This document shows positions 1 to 8,941 of a stretch of 64,000 nt of DNA, piece by piece (positions within the stretch are counted from its first letter, which is position 1; each line of letters begins with the position of its first letter). The DNA comes from Gemmatimonadota bacterium. GTDB lineage: Bacteria; Gemmatimonadota; Gemmatimonadetes; Palauibacterales; KS3-K002. The translations under genes were made by a program, and so were the position numbers. The stretch is taken from assembly GCA_039589995.1 (NCBI GenBank), contig JBDHGH010000002.1, positions 1,014 to 65,013 of the forward strand. The letters run 5' to 3'. The notes beneath the pieces were generated by a model. That model saw nothing but the letters and a program-made list of their open reading frames with translations, was not told where the DNA came from and ran no database searches.

Positions 1-215
1 CCCTCCACGCGGAAGTGCTCGCCCCGGAAGGTTATCAGTTGTTCGTCGCGCGCCCCACGAAACGACCGGAATATCTCGAGGTAGTAGACAGCCTCTAGAA
101 AGTTGGTCTTGCCCTGACCGTTGTCGCCGACCAGTGCTGCACCACCCTCTGGAAGCTCTACGACCTCGTTGTCAAAATTCCGAAAATTCCTGAGACTCAA
201 CTTCTGGAGAAACAC
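1..215 (-). CDS. recF: DNA replication/repair protein RecF, N-terminal part (gene continues past the window start)
   Basis: Not in the ORF track. My minus-strand translation from GTG (215..213) gives VFLQKLSLRNFRNFDNEVVELPEGGAALVGDNGQGKTNFLEAVYYLEIFRSFRG. This is the typical RecF N-terminus with a Walker A motif (GxNGxGKTN) and the LEA(I/V)YYL motif. Confidence 0.8.
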   Translation of the reverse strand, partial: MFLQKLSLRNFRNFDNEVVELPEGGAALVGDNGQGKTNFLEAVYYLEIFRSFRGARDEQLITFRGEHFRVE

Positions 216-281
216 CTAGAAAATATAGAGAATATAGCGGTTTTTTCAAGATCGTCCGCCCTCCGTCGAGCGGTCAATTTC

Positions 282-800
282 CTAGTTTTTTGGGGGTTGC
301 CGGACACGAACGGACAAGCTGAAATCACCCCCTGGCAGGTCCCGGCAGTCGTCGGGAAACTGGTTGCAGTCGACGACCAGAACGACCACGGGCTCGGAGA
401 AGACCAGCTCTTCGTCCCGGTCCAGGGCAGCAGCGTAAAGCGATAGGTTGGCGCCGGTTTCCAGGTTCGGGAAACGTATGTCGAAACTGACTTCCGCTAC
501 ATCGAGGATGTTCCCCACGCTTCTCTGCTCTCGGAAGAATGTGTCCGGCGCCGTGGTTCTGATCAGGATTAGCTCCACAGCCGAAAGACGACCCCGAGCC
601 TCGACAGTGACGCGTCTGATCGAGTCTGCTGCCACCAGATCGCCGGTCCTTGGCGTTAGGATCGTGACGCTCTCGACCGTCGACACGTCCACGGGCCCGG
701 TCGGCCGGTCGCGAGGAGAGCCACAGCCGGCAAGGGTCGATCCTGCCATGACAAGCAGAAGGACCAGGACTACAGCAGGAGCGCGCCGAGGACGTGACAT
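282..800 (-). CDS. hypothetical lipoprotein
   Basis: ORF 282..851. The internal ATG at 800 gives MSRPRRAPAVVLVLLLVMAGSTLAGC, a signal peptide plus lipobox Cys. No recognisable domain. Confidence 0.55.
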   Translation of the reverse strand: MSRPRRAPAVVLVLLLVMAGSTLAGCGSPRDRPTGPVDVSTVESVTILTPRTGDLVAADSIRRVTVEARGRLSAVELILIRTTAPDTFFREQRSVGNILDVAEVSFDIRFPNLETGANLSLYAAALDRDEELVFSEPVVVLVVDCNQFPDDCRDLPGGDFSLSVRVRQPPKN

Positions 801-971
801 GATGAAAACTGGCCCCATACTCGATGAACAGCGAAGCCCGAGGGTCAACACCCCCGATCAAGCGGTCTTAGGACACTCAAATATAAGACACCGTAGGCAG
901 CCGAAAGAGCCGCCCTTCGTATCTCCTAACAACCTCAACCCGCCCACGGGTCCCTGCGCCGGAGTATAACG

Positions 972-1772
972 CTACTTCAGCAAGTCCCTCCACGCCGGCC
1001 TGGGCGGTTCCAGAGGCTCGTCGTGCTCGACCCGATCCAGCAGACCATCCAGGACCAGGCGCAACTTCCCGACCGCTTTCTGATATCCGGACCTAGCAAG
1101 CGCCATACTCGCGACGACAAAAGCAGGCGAAAGAGCAGTCAGCGCATTCGGTATGTCCAAGCTACCCGCGATGACCGCGGTGGTGCCGAAAGCCAACGGC
1201 ACACCGGCACCGATTCCAAGCCCCCAGAACCAGCCGGCGCGCTGGCTGCGGAAGTCCGTGGTCAGTGAAACGTGGCATGACTCCTCGCCAAGCGGCACGA
1301 CATCGAGCTCGATCGCCTGAGTCTTCTTCGCCAGTTGATATCCCCGACCAGAAAAGTCCAGGCCCCGCAGCAGGGATGAGACGAGTCCGCGGTCGGGTTC
1401 CCACAGAGATGTCCCGCGAGTCCTTCTGATCAGTCGCAGGCTCTCGTTCGACTGGAAGTGGTTCTCCAATTCCAGTCTGACCTCCTCGGCAGGACGGGGA
1501 ACCTCGCGAGTGGCCTTCACGAGACTTGAGCCGACGACCTTCGTCAGCCAGCCGTGATCCGCCAGCAGTTCTCCGCCACCGCCCCGATACTCCGCCAGAG
1601 CTCGCCGGATGCTTCCTTCCGACAAGCCTACGTCGCTGGCAATTCTGACGACATCGGTTTCGCTGAGCTCCGGGACTTTTCCGGTCTCGCTGTCGAGTTC
1701 GGACGCCCGTTGTATCAACGCCTCTAGATCCTGGCGCGTCAGGTAATGCCCTCCGCCCGCGTCATCCGCCAT
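972..1772 (-). CDS. hypothetical membrane protein with N-terminal HTH-like segment and C-terminal TM helices
   Basis: 266-aa ORF starting 4 nt after the SPFH gene stop. C-terminal hydrophobic stretch WFWGLGIGAGVPLAFGTTAVIAG...FVVASMALA. N-terminal LSETDVVRIASDVGLSEGSIRRALAEY resembles a helix-turn-helix. Confidence 0.6.
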   Translation of the reverse strand: MADDAGGGHYLTRQDLEALIQRASELDSETGKVPELSETDVVRIASDVGLSEGSIRRALAEYRGGGGELLADHGWLTKVVGSSLVKATREVPRPAEEVRLELENHFQSNESLRLIRRTRGTSLWEPDRGLVSSLLRGLDFSGRGYQLAKKTQAIELDVVPLGEESCHVSLTTDFRSQRAGWFWGLGIGAGVPLAFGTTAVIAGSLDIPNALTALSPAFVVASMALARSGYQKAVGKLRLVLDGLLDRVEHDEPLEPPRPAWRDLLK

Positions 1773-1775
1773 GCA

Positions 1776-2678
1776 TCAATCGCTCTTCTTCTTCTCCGCC
1801 GGTACGGGCTCGCCCGACGCGAGTCGACCCGGAATGCCCTCGGGCGCCGGAAGCTCCGGTGTCTCCTCTTCGATCGATTCGTCCTCTTCGATCAACTTCT
1901 CCTGTTCGTCGACCTCCTCGGGTGACAGTCCGCTCTTAGGTCGAAGCAGTGGACCAATAAGATCGATGGGTATCGGGAACAGCGTCGTCGAGTTGTTCTC
2001 GGCAGCGATCTCCGAAACCGTCTGCAGGAATCGCAGTTGGAGAGACGCGGGATCTCCGCTCATGATCTTGGCCGCCGAGACCAGTTTGCGAGAGGCCTGG
2101 TACTCGCCCAAAGCGTTGACGACCTTGGCCCGTCGTTCGCGCTCCGCTTCGGCCTGCCGGGCCATCGCGCGCTTCATCTCCTGTGGCAGGTCGATATCCT
2201 TGACCTCGACTGCGGTGACTTCGATGCCCCAGACATCGGTCTGCTCGTCGATGATCGTTCGAAGCATGTCGTTGTACTTCTCGCGCTCCGCCAGCAGATC
2301 ATCCAACTCCGCCTGCCCGATCACCGAGCGAAGCGTAGTTTGTGCCAGCTGAGATGTGGCAAACAAGTAATCTTCGACCTCGACGACCGCCTTCACGGGA
2401 ACGTTCACGCGGAAATAGAGAACCGCGTTGACCTTCACTGACACGTTGTCCCGGGTGATGACGTCCTGCGGCGGTATATCCATCGCGACGATCCGCAGGC
2501 TGACCCGTTGCATGCGCTCGACGCCGAAGGGCACAAGAAAGATCAGTCCCGGCCCCCGAGCCTTCCGCAAGCGGCCCAGCCGAAAGACCACCGCCCGTTC
2601 GTATTCCCACAGGACTCTAAGACTGGTGGCCAGGGCTGTGGCACCGGCCACGGCTATAGAAGCGAGTAGTATCTCCAA
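1776..2678 (-). CDS. SPFH/band 7 (stomatin-like) membrane protein
   Basis: N-terminal TM helix followed by VFRLGR...[10 protein letters not shown]...[16 protein letters not shown]...[14 protein letters not shown]...[15 protein letters not shown]...[16 protein letters not shown]. This is the canonical stomatin/prohibitin signature. Confidence 0.9.
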   Translation of the reverse strand: MEILLASIAVAGATALATSLRVLWEYERAVVFRLGRLRKARGPGLIFLVPFGVERMQRVSLRIVAMDIPPQDVITRDNVSVKVNAVLYFRVNVPVKAVVEVEDYLFATSQLAQTTLRSVIGQAELDDLLAEREKYNDMLRTIIDEQTDVWGIEVTAVEVKDIDLPQEMKRAMARQAEAERERRAKVVNALGEYQASRKLVSAAKIMSGDPASLQLRFLQTVSEIAAENNSTTLFPIPIDLIGPLLRPKSGLSPEEVDEQEKLIEEDESIEEETPELPAPEGIPGRLASGEPVPAEKKKSD

Positions 2679-2923
2679 TTAAACCTCCCGGAAAATGTCG
2701 CCTGCCCACCGCCGGTGCATGCGCGACCGGTGCTGACAAAGTTAGCCGTCGCGATGAAGTCGCGCGACCATCGCCGCACTGACGCACGGCTGCGACGGAG
2801 GGGAGCCAAGGGCCGGGATGCAACGAGCCCCGGCAAGCGCTTCGGCCGACACGACAGGATTTTTCACCTGCTGTATCGACCAGCTCTCGCCGAGGCTCTC
2901 GGTCAAGCCGGCTGCGACTCGTA

Positions 2924-3400
2924 CTACTTGCCTAGAGTATAGACATAAGCGGCGACGGCCTTGACCTGATCGTCCGTGATGCTGGACCCACCCTTCGGGG
3001 GCATCACGATACCGGTCGTGGACTTCTCCGTGTCTACGCCGGACGTCACAACCTTGACAATGCTCTCGTACGTACCGTCGGCCTGGATCCACTCGTCGTC
3101 GGTCAGGTTCGCGCCCATACCTGGCATTCCCGTACCATCACCACCGTGACACACATAGCAGAGACCCACGCCCGCGTAAATCTCTTTGCCTTGAGCAACC
3201 ATCTCAGGCGTCACACCCTCCGGCAGCGCTTCGTCCTGCGTCGCTCCATGCCCATCGGCCATAGCTGTCGAACCCGACGCGGTCGCCGAAGTCTCGTCTT
3301 TCCCTGAGGCCGCCTGGCCCGCCTCGCTTCCACTGCATGCCACCATGGCAACAAGACCGAGCGCGAGTGCGACTGCTGTCAGATTACGAATCCGAAACAT
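2924..3400 (-). CDS. class I c-type cytochrome, lipoprotein
   Basis: Signal peptide plus lipobox (LVAMVACSG), a single CYVCH haem-binding motif, and a distal Met (GIVMPPKG). Confidence 0.85.
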   Translation of the reverse strand: MFRIRNLTAVALALGLVAMVACSGSEAGQAASGKDETSATASGSTAMADGHGATQDEALPEGVTPEMVAQGKEIYAGVGLCYVCHGGDGTGMPGMGANLTDDEWIQADGTYESIVKVVTSGVDTEKSTTGIVMPPKGGSSITDDQVKAVAAYVYTLGK

Positions 3401-3571
3401 CTCTTTCCTCCAGTGTGGTTACCAAGCAGCCTGCCGTAAGAGACGTACACCGACGGGGCTGACCGGTTCGCTTCCAAGTCAGACGGTCGGGGCGCTGTGA
3501 TCTAGCTGGATGCCTGATCAAATATGCTAGGTGGATACGGCGCCAGATTATACCCGGGACCCAAACCCGCG

Positions 3572-4375
3572 TCAAGCTGGGTCGGCGCTTCTCCCAGGTC
3601 TCGGAGCACCGCACGCGGCGCAAAAAAGCCAGGCTGACTCCAACTCGGCGCCGCAAGCCTCGCAGCTTTGGGGCGATAGCCGCGTTCCGCAGAACGGACA
3701 GAAAGCGGCCGCCACCGGTGAATCGGTGCCACAACTCGGGCACACCTCGGATTCCGCCCCTGGATCCGCCACCACCGACGGCTCTGGAACGCCTGCCTCT
3801 TCCTCGGTAAGCTCGGAGTCCTGCACCGGTTCTAGCGGCCCCGGGTCGAAGCCTGGCGTTTCATCTTCCAGAACGACGTCGTCTAGCTCGGCCTCCTCAA
3901 TGTATTCCTCCTCTTCGACCCGATCCTCGACTACAGACGCCTTTTCGGGTTGCGAATCGGGTAAGGCCGCGTCGGCTTCTACTGAAGGCGCAGACCACTC
4001 GACCCGCTCACGCATCTCGGGCGGCGCGTAGCGGGTGTGACCCGGTGGAGGAACCTCGTCGGGGTTGAGCCGGACACGGGCATCGGGAAACGCGCGGTAG
4101 CGTCGGATGTCGGGTAGCGTTTCCTCGAGACCTGCGCGCAGTTCATCCTGCATGTTTCCGTCGCTGAGAAGATAGCCACGTTCGCCGGCTAGCATCCGCG
4201 AGAGTGCAAGTTCGTAATCATCATTCGATCGCAAATCAGCAGGGTCGCGAACGCGCCGATACGGTATCAGTTCGTCGTGTAGCTCGAGGACGGTCAAAGG
4301 CTCGGCCATCGCCCCGCCTCGCTCACGGCGAGCGACCTCCACGAACTCGAAATACAGGCGATCGAGATCGTCCAT
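3572..4375 (-). CDS. double zinc-ribbon domain protein, acidic linker
   Basis: ORF 3572..4453. The ATG at 4375 (MDDLDRLYF) avoids overlap with the upstream gene, which ends at 4386. The C-terminus CPSCG...CPFCG...CEACG...CAACG gives two CxxC-pair zinc ribbons. Confidence 0.65.
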   Translation of the reverse strand: MDDLDRLYFEFVEVARRERGGAMAEPLTVLELHDELIPYRRVRDPADLRSNDDYELALSRMLAGERGYLLSDGNMQDELRAGLEETLPDIRRYRAFPDARVRLNPDEVPPPGHTRYAPPEMRERVEWSAPSVEADAALPDSQPEKASVVEDRVEEEEYIEEAELDDVVLEDETPGFDPGPLEPVQDSELTEEEAGVPEPSVVADPGAESEVCPSCGTDSPVAAAFCPFCGTRLSPQSCEACGAELESAWLFCAACGAPRPGRSADPA

Positions 4376-4385
4376 CTTGCCCCGC

Positions 4386-5483
4386 TTATTCTTTCCGTTC
4401 GAACAGATACGCGCTGTCCTGGCGCCGATTGCCTTCGGCGTCGAACACGGCATGTTGCCTGCCCGACCAGATCGCAGCCGCGCCGTGTTCGCCTACCTTG
4501 TTCACCGCATAGAAGTTCACATTGAAGTTGGGCCTGCCATCCTCGTCGAGAAGCCGCTCCTCGACCGTGAAATGCACGATTCGACGCAGCGCATCGAGAC
4601 AAGCATCTGTAGGCGACAGACCGCGCCGCATATGCTCGACGACCAACATCGAGCCGCATGACTTGATTACGGCTTCCCCGCGTCCCGTCGATCCCGCCGC
4701 ACCGACATCGTTGTCCACGTACAGGCCGGCCCCAACGATGGGGCTGTCCCCCACCCGACCCGGGACCTTGAAAGCCAACCCGGACGTCGTGGTGACGCCC
4801 GAGAGGTCTCCCACCGCATTCAGCGCACAACAGTTGATCGTACCGTGGTGGCGCTCGCCTTCCCAAGCATCGATCAGTCCGAAACCGCCATCACCCTTCT
4901 CGGTCTCTTTGGGGGGGAGGTAGTCATCGTCCGGACTCAAGTTCGCACGCCAACGCAGCCACGCTTCTCGAGCCCTGTCCGTTAGGAGGTCTTCCTTCTT
5001 GAAGCCCATCTCCCAAGCGAAACGGGCGGCGCCCTCGCCAACGAGGAGCACGTGATCGGTGGATTTCATTACCGCCCGCGCTACTTGCGCCGGGTGCATG
5101 AAACCCTCGAGGGCACCCACCGCCCCGGCGCCACGAGTAGGCCCGTGCATCACCGAGGAGTCCAGCTGTACCACCCCATCCGCGTTCGGCAGACCGCCAT
5201 AGCCGACGCTGGTGTCCTCGGGGTCGGCCTCGACAATCGCCACACCCTCCACCGCGGCGTCGAGCGTGTCCACGCCGGCCCGCAGCAATTCCATGGCTCG
5301 TTCGGTGGCTTCCAGCCCATTGGCACTAGAGATGACGACCGGTCCGCCGCGGCCCTGCCGCCGGCGCCCTGCGTCTGGCGTGGTCCCTGCCAGGGGTCGA
5401 GCGATGGCGAGATCGCCGCTCAATGCACCCAGCCCTACAACTGCCCCAGTCTTCAAGAAATCGCGGCGCGTTGGCCGGCCCAT
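4386..5483 (-). CDS. Ntn-hydrolase of the glycosylasparaginase / isoaspartyl peptidase family, Tat-exported
   Basis: Twin-arginine signal MGRPTRRDFLKTGAVVGLGA. The HGTINCCAL autoprocessing-site region and GRVGDSPIVGAGLYVDNDVGAAGSTGRGE are typical of asparaginase-2 family proteins. Confidence 0.85.
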   Translation of the reverse strand: MGRPTRRDFLKTGAVVGLGALSGDLAIARPLAGTTPDAGRRRQGRGGPVVISSANGLEATERAMELLRAGVDTLDAAVEGVAIVEADPEDTSVGYGGLPNADGVVQLDSSVMHGPTRGAGAVGALEGFMHPAQVARAVMKSTDHVLLVGEGAARFAWEMGFKKEDLLTDRAREAWLRWRANLSPDDDYLPPKETEKGDGGFGLIDAWEGERHHGTINCCALNAVGDLSGVTTTSGLAFKVPGRVGDSPIVGAGLYVDNDVGAAGSTGRGEAVIKSCGSMLVVEHMRRGLSPTDACLDALRRIVHFTVEERLLDEDGRPNFNVNFYAVNKVGEHGAAAIWSGRQHAVFDAEGNRRQDSAYLFERKE

Positions 5484-5503
5484 GGATCCTCCTCCTGATA
5501 GTC

Positions 5504-6487
5504 CTATGATCGAGAACTGCCTAGGCGAAACGCGGGCGGCACGGGGAACCCCTCCGATCGTGCCGACATGAAGGCCCGTACGACGGATTCATCAAACTGC
5601 GAGCCGCTGCCACGCTCGAGCTCGGTTACCGCTTCGGTCTCGCTCAGTGCGTCGCGGTAGGGTCGCACACCGAGCATGGATGCGAAAGCACCCGCAACAG
5701 CGACGATGCGGCCCTCGATGGATATTTCTTCGCCGCGCAAACCCGCTGGATAGCCCCCTCCGTCCGGCCGCTCGTGGTGATGCAGTATGCCTCTCAGTGC
5801 AGGCTCCAGGTACTCGACACCCGAAACGATCCTGGCACCTTCATCCGGATGTCGCCGTACAAGATCCCAATCCTCCGCAGAAAGAGAACTCGGTTTCTTC
5901 AACACGGTCTCCGGCACTTTGAGCATGCCAACATCGTGAAGAATCGAAGCGAGCCACACGACCCGCAGCGCGTCGTCCTCGAGATCGAGCCGGGTGCTCG
6001 CGGATAGAGCGTACTTCACTACGCTGCTCAGATGCGACTCGGCATGGCCATCGCGAGAGTCGGCCGCCGATGCCAACGCCGCCACCGCTTGTCGGCCCAG
6101 ACTCTCGGCGTCGTCGACTGGAATCGATCGCCGTTCCAATGAGCGGGCGACGCTGAGGCTGAGATCATGCAGGTTGAAGGGCTTGAGGAGGAAGTCGTCG
6201 GCGCGACTGCGGAGAGCCTCGATGGCGAAGTTAATGTCGGTATAGGCCGACATGACGATGACCGGAATACCGGGATCGTGGAATTTGACCTGCTTGAGTA
6301 ACTCGATCCCACTCATCCCCGGCATTCTCACATCTGTGATGACGAGGTCGAGATGCTCTCCACCCAAACGGCCCAACGCCTCCTCACCCGAGCTAGCGGT
6401 CAGGCACTCGTAACCATCACGCCGGAGTTTCTTGGCTAGCGCGATCGTGATCGCAGGCTCGTCATCGACGACAAGAATCATCGCCAC
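5504..6487 (-). CDS. response regulator with HD-GYP phosphodiesterase output domain
   Basis: REC domain (ILVVDDEP...DLVITDVRMPGMSG...VIVMSAY...LLKPF), then HDVGM...HHERPDGGGYP, the HD-GYP signature. Confidence 0.9.
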   Translation of the reverse strand: MAMILVVDDEPAITIALAKKLRRDGYECLTASSGEEALGRLGGEHLDLVITDVRMPGMSGIELLKQVKFHDPGIPVIVMSAYTDINFAIEALRSRADDFLLKPFNLHDLSLSVARSLERRSIPVDDAESLGRQAVAALASAADSRDGHAESHLSSVVKYALSASTRLDLEDDALRVVWLASILHDVGMLKVPETVLKKPSSLSAEDWDLVRRHPDEGARIVSGVEYLEPALRGILHHHERPDGGGYPAGLRGEEISIEGRIVAVAGAFASMLGVRPYRDALSETEAVTELERGSGSQFDESVVRAFMSARSEGFPVPPAFRLGSSRS

Positions 6488-6519
6488 AGTCGCTGCTCAC
6501 TCCATCATGATTGGGGTGG

Positions 6520-7128
6520 CTAGCTCATACCATCCGTGTCCAGTTCCCTCAATCGGACACACAGATCACGTATGCGACTGGCCATTTCGGCGATGGTCGC
6601 CAGACTTCTCTTCTGCTCCGTCGATAGCCGGTCACCATCCATGAGCAACAGATCGGTCTCGGCCATCACTGCCGTCAGCGGACTGTTGATCTCATGCCGG
6701 ACACTACGAACGACATCGAACACGTGATCGAGTCGCTTCACTCGTTCGCTGTCACGGGCGGTGCTCTCCTTAAGCCGCTGAACGTTCGCTAGCCGTTCCA
6801 CCGCCTCGACCAGTGCAGCATCATCCGTCGAGTACGGAATCTGAACGAGCGCGCCGTATACGAGCAACTCCGGCTGGACCTGTGAAACCCACAACACAGC
6901 TCGATCCAGGTCGCCCAGAGCGCCGATTAGTCCGGTCACGGCATCGTGCTCGAGTGCATAGTCGATCAGTGCCACCGTCGGGGGTCCGAGCGATATCTCG
7001 TCCAGCGCCGGACTGATTCCATCGGCTTGGAGCACCTTAGCCGTCTTCTCCAACGCAGTTGCTGCACGCGCTCGCCGTTCAGCGTCGGGGCTGACGACCA
7101 GAATGGTGAAACTCGATGGCACGTTCAC
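6520..7128 (-). CDS. receiver-like plus HisKA (DHp) domain protein lacking a kinase ATPase domain
   Basis: ORF 6520..7191. A GTG at 7128 starts 8 nt after the upstream stop, while the 7191 start would overlap it by 56 nt. H-box VRHEINSPLTAV followed by a second helix, then the protein ends. There is no N/G1/G2 ATP-lid sequence. Confidence 0.6.
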   Translation of the reverse strand: MNVPSSFTILVVSPDAERRARAATALEKTAKVLQADGISPALDEISLGPPTVALIDYALEHDAVTGLIGALGDLDRAVLWVSQVQPELLVYGALVQIPYSTDDAALVEAVERLANVQRLKESTARDSERVKRLDHVFDVVRSVRHEINSPLTAVMAETDLLLMDGDRLSTEQKRSLATIAEMASRIRDLCVRLRELDTDGMS

Positions 7129-7135
7129 CTTCGGG

Positions 7136-8491
7136 CTAACCCTCCTTCCCTTCCCCTCTATCATCCGCAGACGCCGGGCCGTCCGACGCAAGGTCCCTCT
7201 TCAGCACGCGAACCAGCCGAACACGACGCTCATCGACCCTCTCCACGATGAGTTCGGCGCCCGCCACCTGCACAGTGTCGCCCGGCTGTGGGACGTGCCC
7301 CAGTTCACCGAGTATGAAACCACCCAGCGTGTCGTAGTCATCCTGAGGCAGCTTCAGGTCTAACTGCTCATTCACTTCATCGAGAGGCACTCCGCCATCG
7401 ATTAGCGGCTCACCTCCCGGTGACCTTTGAAACAGAGGGCGCGCGACATCGTGCTCGTCATAGATCTCGCCTACGATCTCCTCGATCAGATCCTCGAGAG
7501 TGACCAATCCATCGGTCCCGCCGAACTCGTCCACAACGATCGCCATGTGGATCTTCTTGCGGCGAAACTCTGCGAGTAGATCGTCCACCGACTTGGTGTC
7601 CGGCACGAAGTACGGCTCGCGTATGATCTGTGACACTTCGAAATCGGCTACGTCGCCAGTCGCCGCGCGGGTCAGCAAGTCCTTTACGAGAATGATCCCA
7701 ACGACGTTGTCCAGGCTCTCCCTGTAAACCGGCAATCGCGAGTGCCCCGAGCGCCCCGTCGTTGCGATCAGATCGTCAAAACTCACGTCTTCGGGCACCG
7801 CCACGATGTCAGGCCTCGGTGTCATCACTTCCCGGGCAACCGTGCGCGTCAGCTCGAACACGCCCGATATCATCGCCTGCTCGTCGTGCTCCACCTTGCC
7901 CATCGCCCGACTGCGCCGCACCAGCATCATGATCTCTTGAGGGGTGTGGACACGCTCATCTTCACTGGGGAGCCGCACACCCAAGACCCGCAACAGACCG
8001 TTGGCAGACTCGTTGATCCCCCAGATAAGCGGACCGCCAAGGCGCGTGAAAATTCTGAGCGGGGTAACGAGCCAGCGCGCGACCTGCTCCGGATGGAATA
8101 TCGCCAGAGCCTTGGGCGCGACCTCTCCCAAGACCACGTGCAAAAACGTTATGATCGTAAACGCGATCACGACGGCGACGCTGTGGCGCGCCACCCAATC
8201 GATTGGACTGGGGAGACCATCGAAAACGGTGACGAGCGTCTGCGCGATCGCGGGCTCGCCGATCCATCCCAGGCCGAGTGATGCCAGGGTGATCCCTATC
8301 TGACAGGATGAGAGATTGAGATTGAGCTGCTTTTGGGCGGCAATGACGGCTCGTGACAACCGATCGCCACTTGCGGCGAGCCTCGTGCCGTCAGCGCTGA
8401 CGAGAGCGAACTCGGCAGCAACGAAGAAGCCGTTAGCGGCAACCAGAACTAGTACCGCTAACAGCCTCCCAGCGATTTCGACCATGGTCAT
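7136..8491 (-). CDS. hemolysin-family / CNNM (DUF21-CBS pair-CorC_HlyC) membrane protein
   Basis: N-terminal four-TM DUF21 (NGFFVAAEFALVS), a CBS pair (REVMTPRPDIV...SRLPVY...VGIILVKDLL), and a C-terminal CorC/HlyC transporter-associated domain. Confidence 0.9.
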   Translation of the reverse strand: MTMVEIAGRLLAVLVLVAANGFFVAAEFALVSADGTRLAASGDRLSRAVIAAQKQLNLNLSSCQIGITLASLGLGWIGEPAIAQTLVTVFDGLPSPIDWVARHSVAVVIAFTIITFLHVVLGEVAPKALAIFHPEQVARWLVTPLRIFTRLGGPLIWGINESANGLLRVLGVRLPSEDERVHTPQEIMMLVRRSRAMGKVEHDEQAMISGVFELTRTVAREVMTPRPDIVAVPEDVSFDDLIATTGRSGHSRLPVYRESLDNVVGIILVKDLLTRAATGDVADFEVSQIIREPYFVPDTKSVDDLLAEFRRKKIHMAIVVDEFGGTDGLVTLEDLIEEIVGEIYDEHDVARPLFQRSPGGEPLIDGGVPLDEVNEQLDLKLPQDDYDTLGGFILGELGHVPQPGDTVQVAGAELIVERVDERRVRLVRVLKRDLASDGPASADDRGEGKEG

Positions 8492-8558
8492 CTAGGAATG
8501 GAGTAGCAAGAAAAAAGGCCCCACCAAACTGACCAGGGCGATATAATGTCGCGTGCGC

Positions 8559-8834
8559 TCAGCTACTACCCTCGGCAAGCTGAGCACTCTGTACGCCATG
8601 GCTCCTGACCGGCTCGCAGAAGCGACGCCCCAGCTCGTTCAATTCCGACAACTGATCCTTCGTCACTCCAGGATACCGCTTCGCCATGTACTCCATTGTG
8701 TCTTTGAACCAAACGTCCTTCTGGTCCTCCGTGGCCTGCAATACACCACAATGCTTGATCTGACTGAACAACTCGTTACGTGCCCGATCGAACAAGGAAG
8801 GTGTCTGTTTGACCTCCTTCTTACGTTTGCCCAA
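8559..8834 (-). CDS. hypothetical small protein
   Basis: 91-aa ORF with protein-like composition (MGKRKKEVKQTPSLFDRARNELFSQIKHCG...), directly upstream of the CNNM gene on the same strand. No domain recognised. Confidence 0.45.
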   Translation of the reverse strand: MGKRKKEVKQTPSLFDRARNELFSQIKHCGVLQATEDQKDVWFKDTMEYMAKRYPGVTKDQLSELNELGRRFCEPVRSHGVQSAQLAEGSS

Positions 8835-8941
8835 CGTGGCCTCCTCTACCTACAATTACAGCGCCCAGGCGGGCCCTCCTGACGAAGCACGAGATCTTGC
8901 CGGTTGGACGACCGACATAATAATACTGGCCGGCCCACAAC

